This document shows positions 26,767-35,984 of a stretch of 47,706 nucleotides of DNA, in pieces. Every line of letters begins with the position of its first letter. The stretch's first letter is position 1. The translations under genes and the position numbers were made by a program. Origin of the DNA: Saprospiraceae bacterium (GTDB lineage: Bacteria > Bacteroidota > Bacteroidia > Chitinophagales > Saprospiraceae). The stretch is taken from assembly GCA_026996805.1 (NCBI GenBank), contig JALWKB010000126.1, forward strand, positions 1 to 47,706, read 5' to 3'. A model generated the notes under the pieces. It did not search any database, was not told the DNA's origin, and was given only the letters and a program-made list of their open reading frames with translations.

Positions 26767-28209
26767 ATGAGCTCCGCTCCGCACTACTCAGTCAAGCAAA
26801 TCCTCAAGGCCAACGATATCCCCTTTCCGGCCGTAGTGAAGGGTTGGGTGCGCACCTTTCGCCAAAACCAATTTATCGCCCTCAACGACGGCACGACCGT
26901 CCAGCCCCTCCAGATCGTCGTCGACAGCTCTGCCATCGACGGCCAAACGCTGAAAAATATTACCCCTGGTGCTGCCATTGAAGCCCATGGTACCATCGTC
27001 GAAAGTCCCGGCAAAGGCCAGCGCGTTGAAATGCAAGCCCAGCACATCACTGTGCACGGTCCAGCCGACCCCAACAACTACCCCCTCCAACCCAAAAAGC
27101 ACTCCCTCGAATTTCTGCGCAGCATTGCACATCTGCGTTTTAAGACCAACACTTTCGGTGCTGTCTTTCGCCTTCGTCACGGCTTAGCTATTGCTATTCA
27201 CGAGTTTTTTCACTCAAAGGACTTTTACTACTTGCACAGCCCCATCATCACAGCAAGCGACTGCGAAGGCGCCGGCGAGATGTTTCGAGTGACCACGCTC
27301 GACCCGAAAAATCCGCCCCTCAAAGAAGACGGTTCCGTCGATTGGTCGAAGGACTTTTTCGGCAGAGAAGCCCATTTGACCGTGTCCGGACAGCTCGAAG
27401 CAGAACTCGCCGCTATGGGACTGACGCGCGTCTACACCTTTGGGCCCACCTTTCGCGCCGAAAAAAGCCACACCACCCGACACCTCGCCGAATTCTGGAT
27501 GGTCGAACCCGAAGTGGCCTTCGCTCGCCTCAACGAAATCATGGACCTGGCCGAAGAGCTGCTCAAACACCTCATCCAATACAGCCTCCAGCACTACCCC
27601 GACGAGTTGGCCTTCCTCCAAAAGCGACTCGAAGACGAAGAAAAACAGCTGCCCAAAGAGAAGCGCTCGCCCATGCCACTGATCGAAAAACTCCAATTCG
27701 TCCTCTCGGAACCCTTTCAGCGCATCACTTATACCGAAGCCTTCAACATCTTAAAAGCCTCCAAACCCAATAAGAAGAAGAAGTTTAAATACCTACTCAC
27801 CGATTGGGGAGCAGATTTTCAGACCGAGCACGAGCGCTATTTAGTAGAAAAACACTTTAAAAAACCCGTCATCATCTACAACTACCCGGCCGAAATCAAA
27901 GCCTTTTACATGTATCTCAACGACGACGGCAAGACTGTGCGCGGCATGGATGTGCTCTTTCCCGGCATTGGTGAAATCATCGGAGGCTCTGAACGTGAAA
28001 CGCGCATCGAAGTGCTCCAAAAGCGCATGGCTCAAATAGGCATCGCTCCCGAGGAAATGCAATGGTACCTCGACATTCGGCGCTGGGGTGGATGCCCCCA
28101 TGCGGGCTTTGGCTTGGGATTCGACCGGCTGGTACAATTTGTCACGGGCATGCAAAACATCCGCGACGCTATTCCCTTTCCGCGATATCCGGGATACGTC
28201 GCTTACTAA
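26767..28209 (+). CDS. asnS: Asparagine--tRNA ligase
   Basis: It has an OB anticodon-binding domain (GWVRTFRQNQFIALNDG) and class II motifs (FRVTTLD..., TFGPTFRAEKSHTTRHLAEFWMVEPE, GGSERE, GCPHAGFGLGFDRL). I prefer ATG 26767 to the TTG at 26755. Confidence 0.95.
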   Translation: MSSAPHYSVKQILKANDIPFPAVVKGWVRTFRQNQFIALNDGTTVQPLQIVVDSSAIDGQTLKNITPGAAIEAHGTIVESPGKGQRVEMQAQHITVHGPADPNNYPLQPKKHSLEFLRSIAHLRFKTNTFGAVFRLRHGLAIAIHEFFHSKDFYYLHSPIITASDCEGAGEMFRVTTLDPKNPPLKEDGSVDWSKDFFGREAHLTVSGQLEAELAAMGLTRVYTFGPTFRAEKSHTTRHLAEFWMVEPEVAFARLNEIMDLAEELLKHLIQYSLQHYPDELAFLQKRLEDEEKQLPKEKRSPMPLIEKLQFVLSEPFQRITYTEAFNILKASKPNKKKKFKYLLTDWGADFQTEHERYLVEKHFKKPVIIYNYPAEIKAFYMYLNDDGKTVRGMDVLFPGIGEIIGGSERETRIEVLQKRMAQIGIAPEEMQWYLDIRRWGGCPHAGFGLGFDRLVQFVTGMQNIRDAIPFPRYPGYVAY

Positions 28210-30359
28210 CGCACTCTGGCACCGTTTTCACATTCCGCAGGAGGAGCGACGAGGTGGAGCCTTCCGGCGCGATCTTCGGCCATGAGTACCATGCCTTGAC
28301 TTTCGACTCCGCGCAGTTTCTTTGGCTTCAAATTGGCCACTACGACCACCTTTTTGCCTATAAGCTCTTCTGGGCTATACTGCTGGGCGACACCCGCCAC
28401 AATTTGGCGCTGCTCGCTGCCCAAATCCACCTCAAGACGCAAGAGCTTGTCCGCTCCTTGGATCCTCTCGGCATGCAGCACGGTACCAACCCGCAAATCC
28501 ATTCGGCTGAAATCTTCAAATTCAATAGTGGGCATGGGCTCAACAGCTTTCGACGGTTTGACCTTCTCAGGTTTATCGGCCTTCGATGGCGATCGTTGGA
28601 GCTTCTCTCTTTGGTGCTGGATTTCGGCTTCTTCTACCTTGCGGAATAGCCGCTCGGGGGGATTGACAGCTGAACCCGGCACCAGCAGGCTCCTTTCGAG
28701 CGATGCCAGAATTTCAAAGGCCTCTTTCAATTCGCCCGCTTCGCGTATGGCGTCCTTGTTCAACAGCGCGCGTATCTTGGCAGCCGTCCGAGGCATATAG
28801 GGATGCACCAATAGTCCCAGCACATCGACGTAAAGCAAACCGAGGTGGACGACGGTTTCGGCCGCCACGCGATTTTTCTTAATCAACTCCCACGGCGCAT
28901 TAAACTGCAGCAATTGATTGCCTCGCGCCGCGATTTCCAAAATACCCTGGAGCGCCTTGCGAAACTCAAAGGCGTGTATTTGCTGACGCACTTCATCGGC
29001 AAGGTCGAACAAATCGAGCACCTCGCTATCCCAAAACGACAGCTCATCGGGACTGCGCGAAGCCGTAATGGCCACCTCCTCATCATACGGAGGCACTTTG
29101 CCCCCAAAAAGCCGATGTGTCAGGTGGATGACCCGATGAATAAAATTGCCAAGATTGTTGACTAAGTCACTGTTGACAGCCTCCATAAAGCCCGACCACT
29201 GAAATTCGCTGTCTTTGTGCTCGGGCATGATTTTACTCAAATAAAATCTCAATTCGTCAATGCGGTCGGGCATCTCTTGTATAAACTCATGCACCCATAC
29301 CGCCCATCCCCGCGAAGTGGAGATTTTATCGCCTTCGAGATTTAAAAATTGATTGGCCGGCACATTGTACGGCAGGATATAATCCCCATGGGCATGCAAT
29401 AGGGCTGGAAAAATAATGCAGTGAAAGACGATATTGTCCTTGCCGATAAAGTGTATCAGTGCCGTCTCCTCATCTTGCCACCACTTCTTCCAATCTGCGC
29501 CGCGCTCTTCGGCCCATTTCTGCGTGGCAGAAATATAGCCAATAGGGGCATCCATCCATACGTAGAGCTTTTTGCCTGCACTTCCCGGCACCTCTTCGGG
29601 CACGTCCACACCCCAATCGAGATCGCGCGTCATCGCGCGTTCGCGCAGACCGCCATCCAGCCAGCTGCGGCATTGGCCGATCACATGGGCGCGCCACTGT
29701 TCGGGCCAGTGGTGCTGCTGCCCCCCCAAAACCCCCTCTTCTATCCACTTCCGCAGCCAGCTTTCGTGCTTTTGCAAGGGGAAAAACCAGTGTTTGGTCG
29801 TCTTCAACACGGGCCTCGTACCCGTCAACGTCGATACAGGATCAATCAATTCCGTAGGGCTCAGTGAGATCCCACACTTCTCACACTGATCCCCATACGC
29901 CTCTGGATATCCGCACTCCGGACAGGTGCCCTTGACATATCTATCGGCTAAGAAAATGCCGGCCTTTTCGTCGTAAAATTGTTCGGTGCTCTTTTCGACA
30001 AATTCCCCCTTTTTATACAACTTCAAAAAAAAATCACGCGCCACCTGATGATGCAGCTCATGAGAGGTTCGGAAATAGTAATCAAAACCAATGTCGACAC
30101 CCGAAAAAGTCTCTTGAAACAGCTGATGATAGCGGTCGACTAAGGCGCGCGGGGAAATCCCTTCCTTCATTGCACGCAAGGTAATGGCCGCACCGTGCTC
30201 GTCAGAGCCGCAGATAAACAGCACCTCTTCTCCCTCTAAGCGCCGAAAGCGCACGTAGATATCCGCGGGTAGATAACATCCGGCGAGATGACCGATATGT
30301 AATGGCCCGTTTGCATAGGGCAGAGCCGCTGTCACCAGATATCTCTTCGGATTGACCAT
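28206..30359 (-). CDS. metG: Methionine--tRNA ligase with C-terminal EMAP/Trbp111-type tRNA-binding domain
   Basis: It has the HIGH motif (PYANGPLHIGHLAG), a zinc knuckle (CPECGYPEAYGDQCEKCG), a KMSKS variant (KISTSRG) and a C-terminal OB domain (LRVGTVLHAERIQGADKLLRLEVDLG). Confidence 0.97.
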   Translation of the reverse strand: MVNPKRYLVTAALPYANGPLHIGHLAGCYLPADIYVRFRRLEGEEVLFICGSDEHGAAITLRAMKEGISPRALVDRYHQLFQETFSGVDIGFDYYFRTSHELHHQVARDFFLKLYKKGEFVEKSTEQFYDEKAGIFLADRYVKGTCPECGYPEAYGDQCEKCGISLSPTELIDPVSTLTGTRPVLKTTKHWFFPLQKHESWLRKWIEEGVLGGQQHHWPEQWRAHVIGQCRSWLDGGLRERAMTRDLDWGVDVPEEVPGSAGKKLYVWMDAPIGYISATQKWAEERGADWKKWWQDEETALIHFIGKDNIVFHCIIFPALLHAHGDYILPYNVPANQFLNLEGDKISTSRGWAVWVHEFIQEMPDRIDELRFYLSKIMPEHKDSEFQWSGFMEAVNSDLVNNLGNFIHRVIHLTHRLFGGKVPPYDEEVAITASRSPDELSFWDSEVLDLFDLADEVRQQIHAFEFRKALQGILEIAARGNQLLQFNAPWELIKKNRVAAETVVHLGLLYVDVLGLLVHPYMPRTAAKIRALLNKDAIREAGELKEAFEILASLERSLLVPGSAVNPPERLFRKVEEAEIQHQREKLQRSPSKADKPEKVKPSKAVEPMPTIEFEDFSRMDLRVGTVLHAERIQGADKLLRLEVDLGSEQRQIVAGVAQQYSPEELIGKKVVVVANLKPKKLRGVESQGMVLMAEDRAGRLHLVAPPAECENGARVR

Positions 30360-30376
30360 CCCAGCTAATTAGGGCA

Positions 30377-30384
30377 CAAATTTA
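30377..30384 (-). promoter_or_regulatory. -7 promoter box TAAATTTG (TAnnTTTG) for metG
   Basis: The plus strand reads CAAATTTA. It lies 18 nt upstream of the metG ATG (30359), within the 31-nt gap after the GSCFA gene stop. Confidence 0.45.
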
Positions 30385-30390
30385 GTACTT

Positions 30391-31407
30391 TTATTTAGCT
30401 CCCCCTTTACCCTCTGCGTCGACTTGATGGACATTGTACAAAGCCTTTTCTTCCGAAAAATCAATACCCCATTTACGTTCGACCAACTCCATTTGACGCA
30501 ACAGCGAGGCTATAAAGCGACGATGGCTCGCCGTATCGGGATACAGCGGTCTATGCTCCAAGGCCATTCGTATCTTACGAACCTCCGCATACACCTCCCG
30601 CGTGGGTTCATCCAAGAGGTGGTCGTGGATCTGCTGCCAGATGTATTCGATCGCCTCTCGCGTGGGATGCACTCGGTCGCTTTCGTAAAATCGATAATCG
30701 CGCAACACGTCGATGAGCAATTCATAGGCAGGAAAGTAATACACGCCCTCATTGCGCTCAGCAACTTCCTCCACGGCCAAGTGAAGCACACTCTTCGAGC
30801 GCGTATTGGCGATCAGGCCATCGCGCACATGTCGTACCGGGCTAATGGTCAGCAAGACCTGCACTTCAGGATTGAGCCGCCGCACCGCTTGAAGAGCTTC
30901 ACTCAGGGTATCGACACACTCCGACACGCGCAATCTTCGACGTCGAAAATACCGAGAGGGAAATTTATGGCAATTGGTTACCACTGCACCACTTGACACG
31001 AGCTGAAAGACGTAGGCCGTCCCCAAAGTGACGAAGAGCCAACGCGCTTCCTTCAGATAGCCATATGCCCGCTCGATCGCAATATTAATACGCCGCACCA
31101 CCTCGTCGGGATCTGGATGCGAAAATCTCCCGTGATGATCCCAGCTATGCCACAGCTCACCGTCGCTGACCAGTTCCGACACCTCGTACAGCTGAGCTGT
31201 AGCAATACGCTGCAAGGCACGACACACTGAGACGGGATTGTACAATATCCCAAAGGGATTGATGCACACCTTCCACTTGTGGGCCAGCATATGGCGAGCA
31301 ATGTGTTCCGAAAAACACGATCCAATCGATACGATCGTATCCCTGTATGAAATCGTGACTGGATATTTCGGCACTTCGGGGGGAAGCATCCAACGCTGCC
31401 CTGACAT
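30391..31407 (-). CDS. GSCFA domain-containing protein (function unknown)
   Basis: The family-defining motif is near the N-terminus (IVSIGSCFSEHIA), and the size (338 aa) is typical of the GSCFA family. Confidence 0.8.
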   Translation of the reverse strand: MSGQRWMLPPEVPKYPVTISYRDTIVSIGSCFSEHIARHMLAHKWKVCINPFGILYNPVSVCRALQRIATAQLYEVSELVSDGELWHSWDHHGRFSHPDPDEVVRRINIAIERAYGYLKEARWLFVTLGTAYVFQLVSSGAVVTNCHKFPSRYFRRRRLRVSECVDTLSEALQAVRRLNPEVQVLLTISPVRHVRDGLIANTRSKSVLHLAVEEVAERNEGVYYFPAYELLIDVLRDYRFYESDRVHPTREAIEYIWQQIHDHLLDEPTREVYAEVRKIRMALEHRPLYPDTASHRRFIASLLRQMELVERKWGIDFSEEKALYNVHQVDAEGKGGAK

Positions 31408-31436
31408 GCGGCATCAACTTTTGCCGAAAATTATAT

Positions 31437-31468
31437 AAAAAAAGCAAGAGCCGGCACATACCGGCTCT
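31437..31468 (-). terminator. Rho-independent terminator of the tRNA-Glu transcription unit
   Basis: The minus strand reads AGAGCCGG-UAUGUG-CCGGCUCU (8-bp GC-rich stem), then UGC and U7. Confidence 0.8.
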
Positions 31469-31636
31469 CACCAGGTATTGAACTAAACGCCATTGACGTC
31501 CCTACCGTGGTACAAGACACAGCAAGCCCTTCCCGCCTTGGTGCATCCTTCCTTTTCTGATCAATACTTCAGCGTGGTGTTGTTACGCGAATTTGCTCTT
31601 CCTCTCGTGCTCGTGCACGCCACTCGGAAAGGTTTG
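31469..31636 (-). ncRNA. Candidate structured RNA in the 168-nt spacer between tRNA-Glu and the terminator (class unknown)
   Basis: There is no credible ORF. Complementary segments are 31622-31616/31576-31570 (UGGCGUG/CACGCUG), 31567-31561/31481-31475 (GUAUUGA/UCAAUAC) and 31499-31495/31491-31487 (ACGUC/GGCGU). It is bracketed by a promoter-tRNA unit and a strong terminator. Confidence 0.3.
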
Positions 31637-31708
31637 CAGCCCGTAGGGGAATCGAACCCCTCTTTCCGGGATGAAAACCCGGTGTCCTAACCGATAGACG
31701 AACGGGCC
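31637..31708 (-). tRNA. tRNA-Glu (anticodon UUC)
   Basis: The minus strand reads GGCCCGUUCGUCUAUCGGUUAGGACACCGGGUUUUCAUCCCGGAAAGAGGGGUUCGAUUCCCCUACGGGCUG. It folds as a cloverleaf: 7-bp acceptor (G1-U72 wobble), D stem GUCU/GGAC, anticodon stem CCGGG/CCCGG with loop UUUUCAU, and T arm AGGGG-UUCGAUU-CCCCU. CCA is not encoded. The ends are accurate to about 1 nt. Confidence 0.9.
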
Positions 31709-31723
31709 TTCGAAAAGCGATTG

Positions 31724-31731
31724 CAAAGATA
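31724..31731 (-). promoter_or_regulatory. Exact TATCTTTG -7 promoter box for tRNA-Glu
   Basis: The plus strand reads CAAAGATA, which is TATCTTTGCAATCG on the minus strand. It ends 15 nt before the mature tRNA 5' end. Confidence 0.5.
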
Positions 31732-31790
31732 GTGATTTTTCATGTACCGGAAAAATAGATGACTATTTTTTTGTTGATTCACACAACTAA

Positions 31791-33458
31791 CTAAACATTC
31801 TCACCGCCCGATTGGTTCTGCATTTGCTCAACAAATTGCCGCACTTTTTCCCGGAGCCGCTCCACATCTTCTCCATACGTGGGAATCAAATCCCCCTGCC
31901 CCGGAAACTGCTCCACGTAGATCGTCTGCGATGGAAAGGCGAAGCGTACCCCGACTACCTCCGCCAATTTCATCATCAAAAAAATGATCTCCTCCCGAAT
32001 GCGAAGTTCCTCCTCATAATCGGCTGCGCGCAAATACACCCGAAAGAATATGTCAATCGAGTACGACCCGAGCTGATGCAAGTAGATGTAATAGTGCTCC
32101 GCCAACCTGGGATGAGCGCGCACCATTGCGCGCAACCCCTGTATGTAGGCTTCAAGATAATGCCGTGGAGTATCGTATGTCAGTCCGATCGTCGTCTCAA
32201 AGAGCCGATACACCCGCACTCCCTTGTTGACCAAGGTCTTCTGCGAGATCAGGGCATTCGGTATCGATATTATGCTGGTGTCTTTTTGTTTGATGCGCGT
32301 AGAGCGAAAGCCCACCTCTTCTACCACGCCAGCTTTGTCGTCAATCTCTATCCAATCTCCAATTTGAAACGGCCTATCGGCGAAGATCATCAACGAGCCT
32401 ATGAAATTTTTAACCGTATCTTGGGCCGCAAGCGCCAGTGCAAGACCTCCTATCGAAATACCCGCAATGATGGCCGTCAAATTGACGTCAAACAACACCA
32501 GCACCTGCACCAGCGCCCCTATAACAATCACCACCACACTTATCTGGCGGATCAATGGAAGCGCCTGATCATCCATCTTGCTCTCCGTCCGCGAAGCGAG
32601 CTTCTGTACGTACGCAAATACAATGTCTAAAAGGCGATAGAGGAGCAGCGCGATGAGGAGAATCTTCGCCAGCTCAAGAGTCGTGATCAGTACAGAGCTC
32701 AGCCCAATGGGCAATAACAGCAGGGCTACGCCGTAGCGGTTGAGCAAGACCAGTGTCAACAAGCTGAGCACGCGCGCCGCCTTGCGAAACCGAAGGGGGA
32801 AATCCACCTCCGACCGAAACCCCTTATGGGCCAGATAGATGACTAAACGCCGAAATACTGCCTTCAAAATAAAGTACAGCACCCATGACAAGAGGAGCAT
32901 CGTCGCCATGCCCAGATACTGCCATACCGCAAGCCCAAGAATGCGCTGCTCCCCAAACACCGAAAACATGCGCATCAACACATCCGCCCCAAAGGGATAC
33001 AGCTCACTATACGCCTCGTCGATGTAACTATAGCTCTCGGGAGAGTAATACCAGTACCGACCGATCTTTTCGACGTACACTTGTGGCATGCGCACTGGAA
33101 AAATTACGTACATGGCACGCCCTGTCGACGTATCCCGATATGCACTGTCATTGGGTATGCGATGTACGGGCACGTACATACCCATCCCATCCCAAACGCG
33201 TTTGAGCTTGATGGCCAGCTCCACCCCCCGACTGCTATCCACGCCGTAAAAGGAAAGCGCTGCCCAATCCGGTCGATAGCTCTCAGGCTGTAAGTAATGC
33301 AGATGATTGTTGACGCACTGTCGGGGTGTCTGCGCAGGCTGCTGTGCCAACACCCAATCCACAACGCAGATAAACACAAAGAGCATCCCAATCCATCGCA
33401 CACCACAACACCGTCTACCCCATCGATTTTGCCGCATCACAGCCCGTATTGATTTCAC
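31791..33458 (-). CDS. Mechanosensitive ion channel family protein (MscS-like, large N-terminal extension)
   Basis: The MscS core is NFIGSLMIFADRPFQIGDWIEIDDKAGVVEEVGFRSTRIKQKDTSIISIPNALI, preceded by several TM helices. The track start is a GTG at 33458. An ATG at 33437 (MRQNRWG...) is an alternative. Confidence 0.85.
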   Translation of the reverse strand: MKSIRAVMRQNRWGRRCCGVRWIGMLFVFICVVDWVLAQQPAQTPRQCVNNHLHYLQPESYRPDWAALSFYGVDSSRGVELAIKLKRVWDGMGMYVPVHRIPNDSAYRDTSTGRAMYVIFPVRMPQVYVEKIGRYWYYSPESYSYIDEAYSELYPFGADVLMRMFSVFGEQRILGLAVWQYLGMATMLLLSWVLYFILKAVFRRLVIYLAHKGFRSEVDFPLRFRKAARVLSLLTLVLLNRYGVALLLLPIGLSSVLITTLELAKILLIALLLYRLLDIVFAYVQKLASRTESKMDDQALPLIRQISVVVIVIGALVQVLVLFDVNLTAIIAGISIGGLALALAAQDTVKNFIGSLMIFADRPFQIGDWIEIDDKAGVVEEVGFRSTRIKQKDTSIISIPNALISQKTLVNKGVRVYRLFETTIGLTYDTPRHYLEAYIQGLRAMVRAHPRLAEHYYIYLHQLGSYSIDIFFRVYLRAADYEEELRIREEIIFLMMKLAEVVGVRFAFPSQTIYVEQFPGQGDLIPTYGEDVERLREKVRQFVEQMQNQSGGENV

Positions 33459-33461
33459 CGC

Positions 33462-34367
33462 TTACTCTCCCTGCAACTGATCGAGAATCTCGTTGAGGTG
33501 TTCGACATTGCGAAACGGGATGAGGATCTTTCCCCCTCCCTTTGCGTTGAGCTGAAACTGTACGCGCGTCCCCAGGCGCTCCGAGAGCATCTGTTGTACC
33601 GCTTGCCAGTGGACCGATGCTTGTCCGCTATCTTCATTGTGTGTGTTCTTTTTGGGGCCTTTCTTCTTTTCTGTTGAGGCGAGCTTTTCGAGCTCTCGTA
33701 CTGAGAGGTGGTCTTGCAGACACCGTTCGTACAATCGCGATCGGTGTAGTGGATCTTTGATGCCGGCCAACACGCGGGCATGGCCCATGGAGAGCTCGCC
33801 TTGTGCCACACTCCACTGAATTTCGGGTGGCAACTGGAGCAGTCGCAAGTAATTGGTAATGGTGCTGCGCTTTTTCCCTATGCGTGCGGAGAGTTGTTCT
33901 TGAGTATAGCCGTGCTCGTCAATCAGTTGGCGATACGCCAGGGCTATTTCAATCGGATTGAGATCTTCGCGCTGGATATTTTCGATCAAGGCGAGCTCCA
34001 GATCATCGATTTGCTCTTCCTTATCTATGACAAAAGCCGGTATTTTCTCCAGCCCTGCAAGGCGCGCCGCGCGCACACGTCGCTCCCCTGCGATGAGTTG
34101 ATAGCCCCTGGCACCGTCGATTTTCTTAACCGTGATCGGTTGAATGACGCCATAGGTCTTTATCGATGCTGCGAGCTCTGCGAGTTCCTCCTCACTAAAG
34201 TGCCTTCTCGGTTGTTCGGGATTGGTGCGAATAGCACTCAATGCGACAAATACAATACCTGCCCCATCGCCTTGCTGTTTGACCTCGCTTTGACGGTCTT
34301 CTTGCTGGCCGAGTTTTTCAAAAATGGCCTCAAGGCCTTTGCCGAGTTGCTTTTTCTTAGTTGCCAT
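33462..34367 (-). CDS. parB: Chromosome partitioning protein ParB (Spo0J)
   Basis: It has the ParB-box (NPEQPRRHFSEEELAELAASIKTYGVIQPITV...YQLIAGERRVRAARLAG) and an HTH (YTQEQLSARIGKKRSTITNYLRLL). Confidence 0.93.
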   Translation of the reverse strand: MATKKKQLGKGLEAIFEKLGQQEDRQSEVKQQGDGAGIVFVALSAIRTNPEQPRRHFSEEELAELAASIKTYGVIQPITVKKIDGARGYQLIAGERRVRAARLAGLEKIPAFVIDKEEQIDDLELALIENIQREDLNPIEIALAYRQLIDEHGYTQEQLSARIGKKRSTITNYLRLLQLPPEIQWSVAQGELSMGHARVLAGIKDPLHRSRLYERCLQDHLSVRELEKLASTEKKKGPKKNTHNEDSGQASVHWQAVQQMLSERLGTRVQFQLNAKGGGKILIPFRNVEHLNEILDQLQGE

Positions 34368-34400
34368 ATTTCTTCAGCATATAAAATGGTACAAGGGATA

Positions 34401-35189
34401 TCATTGAGATACCATTGAAGTCGAAGGAACGGGATTTCTCCGAAGAAATTCTCCCGCCAGCTGTAAAAAATTATCGCTCCCCCTACAGGCGGCGTCGTAC
34501 ATAAGCACGGGCTGTCCCAGCGATGGTGCCTCCGTGATCTTCGAGTTGCGATATATCACGGTTTCATACACGTACTCCTTCACTCCACTTCGTATCTTCT
34601 CCGATATCATCTTCGCCAATCGCAGGCGCTTATCGTACATCGACAACAGTACGCCATCCACTTCCAGGTGCGGATTATACGCATTGCGAATAATCTCTAT
34701 GGTGTGAAAGAGCTTTGAAAGACCCTCTAAGGCAAATATTTCACACTGTATGGGGATAAGCACTCGGTCTGCAGCAGTCAGCGCATTGACCGTGAGGATG
34801 CCCAACGAAGGCGAACAGTCAATAAAGATATAGTCGTAGCGATCACGGACATCTTCCAACAGCTGCACCAATCGATATTCGCGCTCCTCCACATCCGGTA
34901 GCTCAATCTCCGCACCTACCAAGTCAATATGCGATGGGGCGAGGTCTAAATTCGGCGTTTCGGTCGAGCAGATAATATCGGTGAGCCGTTTTTGGCCGCT
35001 AATACACCGATAAATATTGGCTTCTGCCGATGGTGCGACACCGAGACCCGTAGTGGCATTGGCCTGAGGATCTAAGTCGATGAGCAAGACGCGGTATTCC
35101 AAGATGGCAAGCGCCGCACTCAAGTTGATGGCGGTCGTCGTCTTGCCTACGCCGCCCTTTTGATTGGCTATGGCTGTAATGTGCCCCAT
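34401..35189 (-). CDS. parA: Chromosome partitioning ATPase ParA (Soj)
   Basis: It has the deviant Walker A IANQKGGVGKTTTAINLSAALA, then LLIDLDPQANAT and the ...DCSPSLG motifs. Confidence 0.95.
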   Translation of the reverse strand: MGHITAIANQKGGVGKTTTAINLSAALAILEYRVLLIDLDPQANATTGLGVAPSAEANIYRCISGQKRLTDIICSTETPNLDLAPSHIDLVGAEIELPDVEEREYRLVQLLEDVRDRYDYIFIDCSPSLGILTVNALTAADRVLIPIQCEIFALEGLSKLFHTIEIIRNAYNPHLEVDGVLLSMYDKRLRLAKMISEKIRSGVKEYVYETVIYRNSKITEAPSLGQPVLMYDAACRGSDNFLQLAGEFLRRNPVPSTSMVSQ

Positions 35190-35192
35190 ACA

Positions 35193-35870
35193 CTATACTT
35201 CAATGCTCTGACCGATGGACAACAACACCAATTCGAGCCCTCGCTCTTGAAAATAGGCCTTCGCCCTGTCGTGGTCGATCTTAATCGGGGGAAAAGTGTC
35301 GTAGTGGTACCCCATGACGCGCTTACACTGCACAAACTCCGCAGCTAAGGCCGCATCCTCATAACCCATCGTAAAGTAGTCTCCAATCGGCAAGATGGCC
35401 AAATCGAGCGGAGGACACATCTGGGGTATGAGCTTCATATCGAGCGTAAGAGCCGTGTCGCCCGCTATGTAAATACACCCTTCCTCATTCCAGAGGACAA
35501 AGCCCACTGGATTGCCCCCTTGCACACCATCGTGAAAGACACTGGAGTGATGGGCCGTGACGAGTTTTAAGGTGCCAAAATCAAATTTGGCCTTGCCGCC
35601 CGTATTCATACCTATCGCATCGATACCCCTATTGCCGAAGTAGGTGGCTATTTCAAACACGGCGATGAGCTTCGTCCCCTCCACAGCTACCTCTTGCACA
35701 TCGGCCACGTGATCCATGTGCGCGTGAGTGATAAGGATAAAATCCGGCTTCAAACCCTTGATGTCTATGCTCGAAGCTGCCGGATTGGACTTGATAAAGG
35801 GGTCGACGACGATGCGCTTGCCTTGCGTCTCAATGAGTAGCGATGCATGTCCCAAATACGTGATTTTCAT
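35193..35870 (-). CDS. Metal-dependent hydrolase, UPF0173 family (metallo-beta-lactamase fold)
   Basis: Diagnostic segments are MKITYLGHASLLIETQGKRIVVDPF... and ILITHAHMDHVADV (HxHxDH motif). The product is 225 aa. Confidence 0.8.
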   Translation of the reverse strand: MKITYLGHASLLIETQGKRIVVDPFIKSNPAASSIDIKGLKPDFILITHAHMDHVADVQEVAVEGTKLIAVFEIATYFGNRGIDAIGMNTGGKAKFDFGTLKLVTAHHSSVFHDGVQGGNPVGFVLWNEEGCIYIAGDTALTLDMKLIPQMCPPLDLAILPIGDYFTMGYEDAALAAEFVQCKRVMGYHYDTFPPIKIDHDRAKAYFQERGLELVLLSIGQSIEV

Positions 35871-35898
35871 GACGAGCGATTTTAATACGTTCTTTACG

Positions 35899-35906
35899 CA
35901 AAGTTA
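35899..35906 (-). promoter_or_regulatory. -7 promoter box TAACTTTG (TAnnTTTG) for the hydrolase-parA-parB-mscS string
   Basis: The plus strand reads CAAAGTTA. It lies 29 nt upstream of ATG 35870. The downstream genes are separated by only 3, 33 and 3 nt. Confidence 0.45.
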
Positions 35907-35984
35907 GGGATTTTTGATGCCTTCCCCCACAGAGCAAACAATCCATCCACCATTTTATTTTACATAAAATGTCAACATCGTCGC

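Noticed and set aside
26613-26981. 122-aa plus-strand ORF (GTG start) overlapping the asnS 5' end
   Set aside because: It is out of frame with asnS and P/H/S-rich low complexity derived from the C-rich tract. It starts upstream of the asnS promoter box.
31536-31560. Resemblance of the minus-strand segment UCAGAAAAGGAAGGAUGCACCAAGG to the SRP (4.5S) RNA helix 8 core (UCAGGUCCGGAAGGAAGCAGCCAAGG)
   Set aside because: The four bases that must pair to close the GGAA tetraloop (GUCC in SRP RNA) are AAAA here. I could not build the long SRP hairpin from the flanks. This is probably a chance purine-rich similarity. A covariance-model scan would settle it.
31493-31690. 65-aa plus-strand ORF overlapping tRNA-Glu
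   Set aside because: It overlaps a clear tRNA gene on the opposite strand and the putative spacer RNA, and nothing in the sequence supports it as a protein gene.
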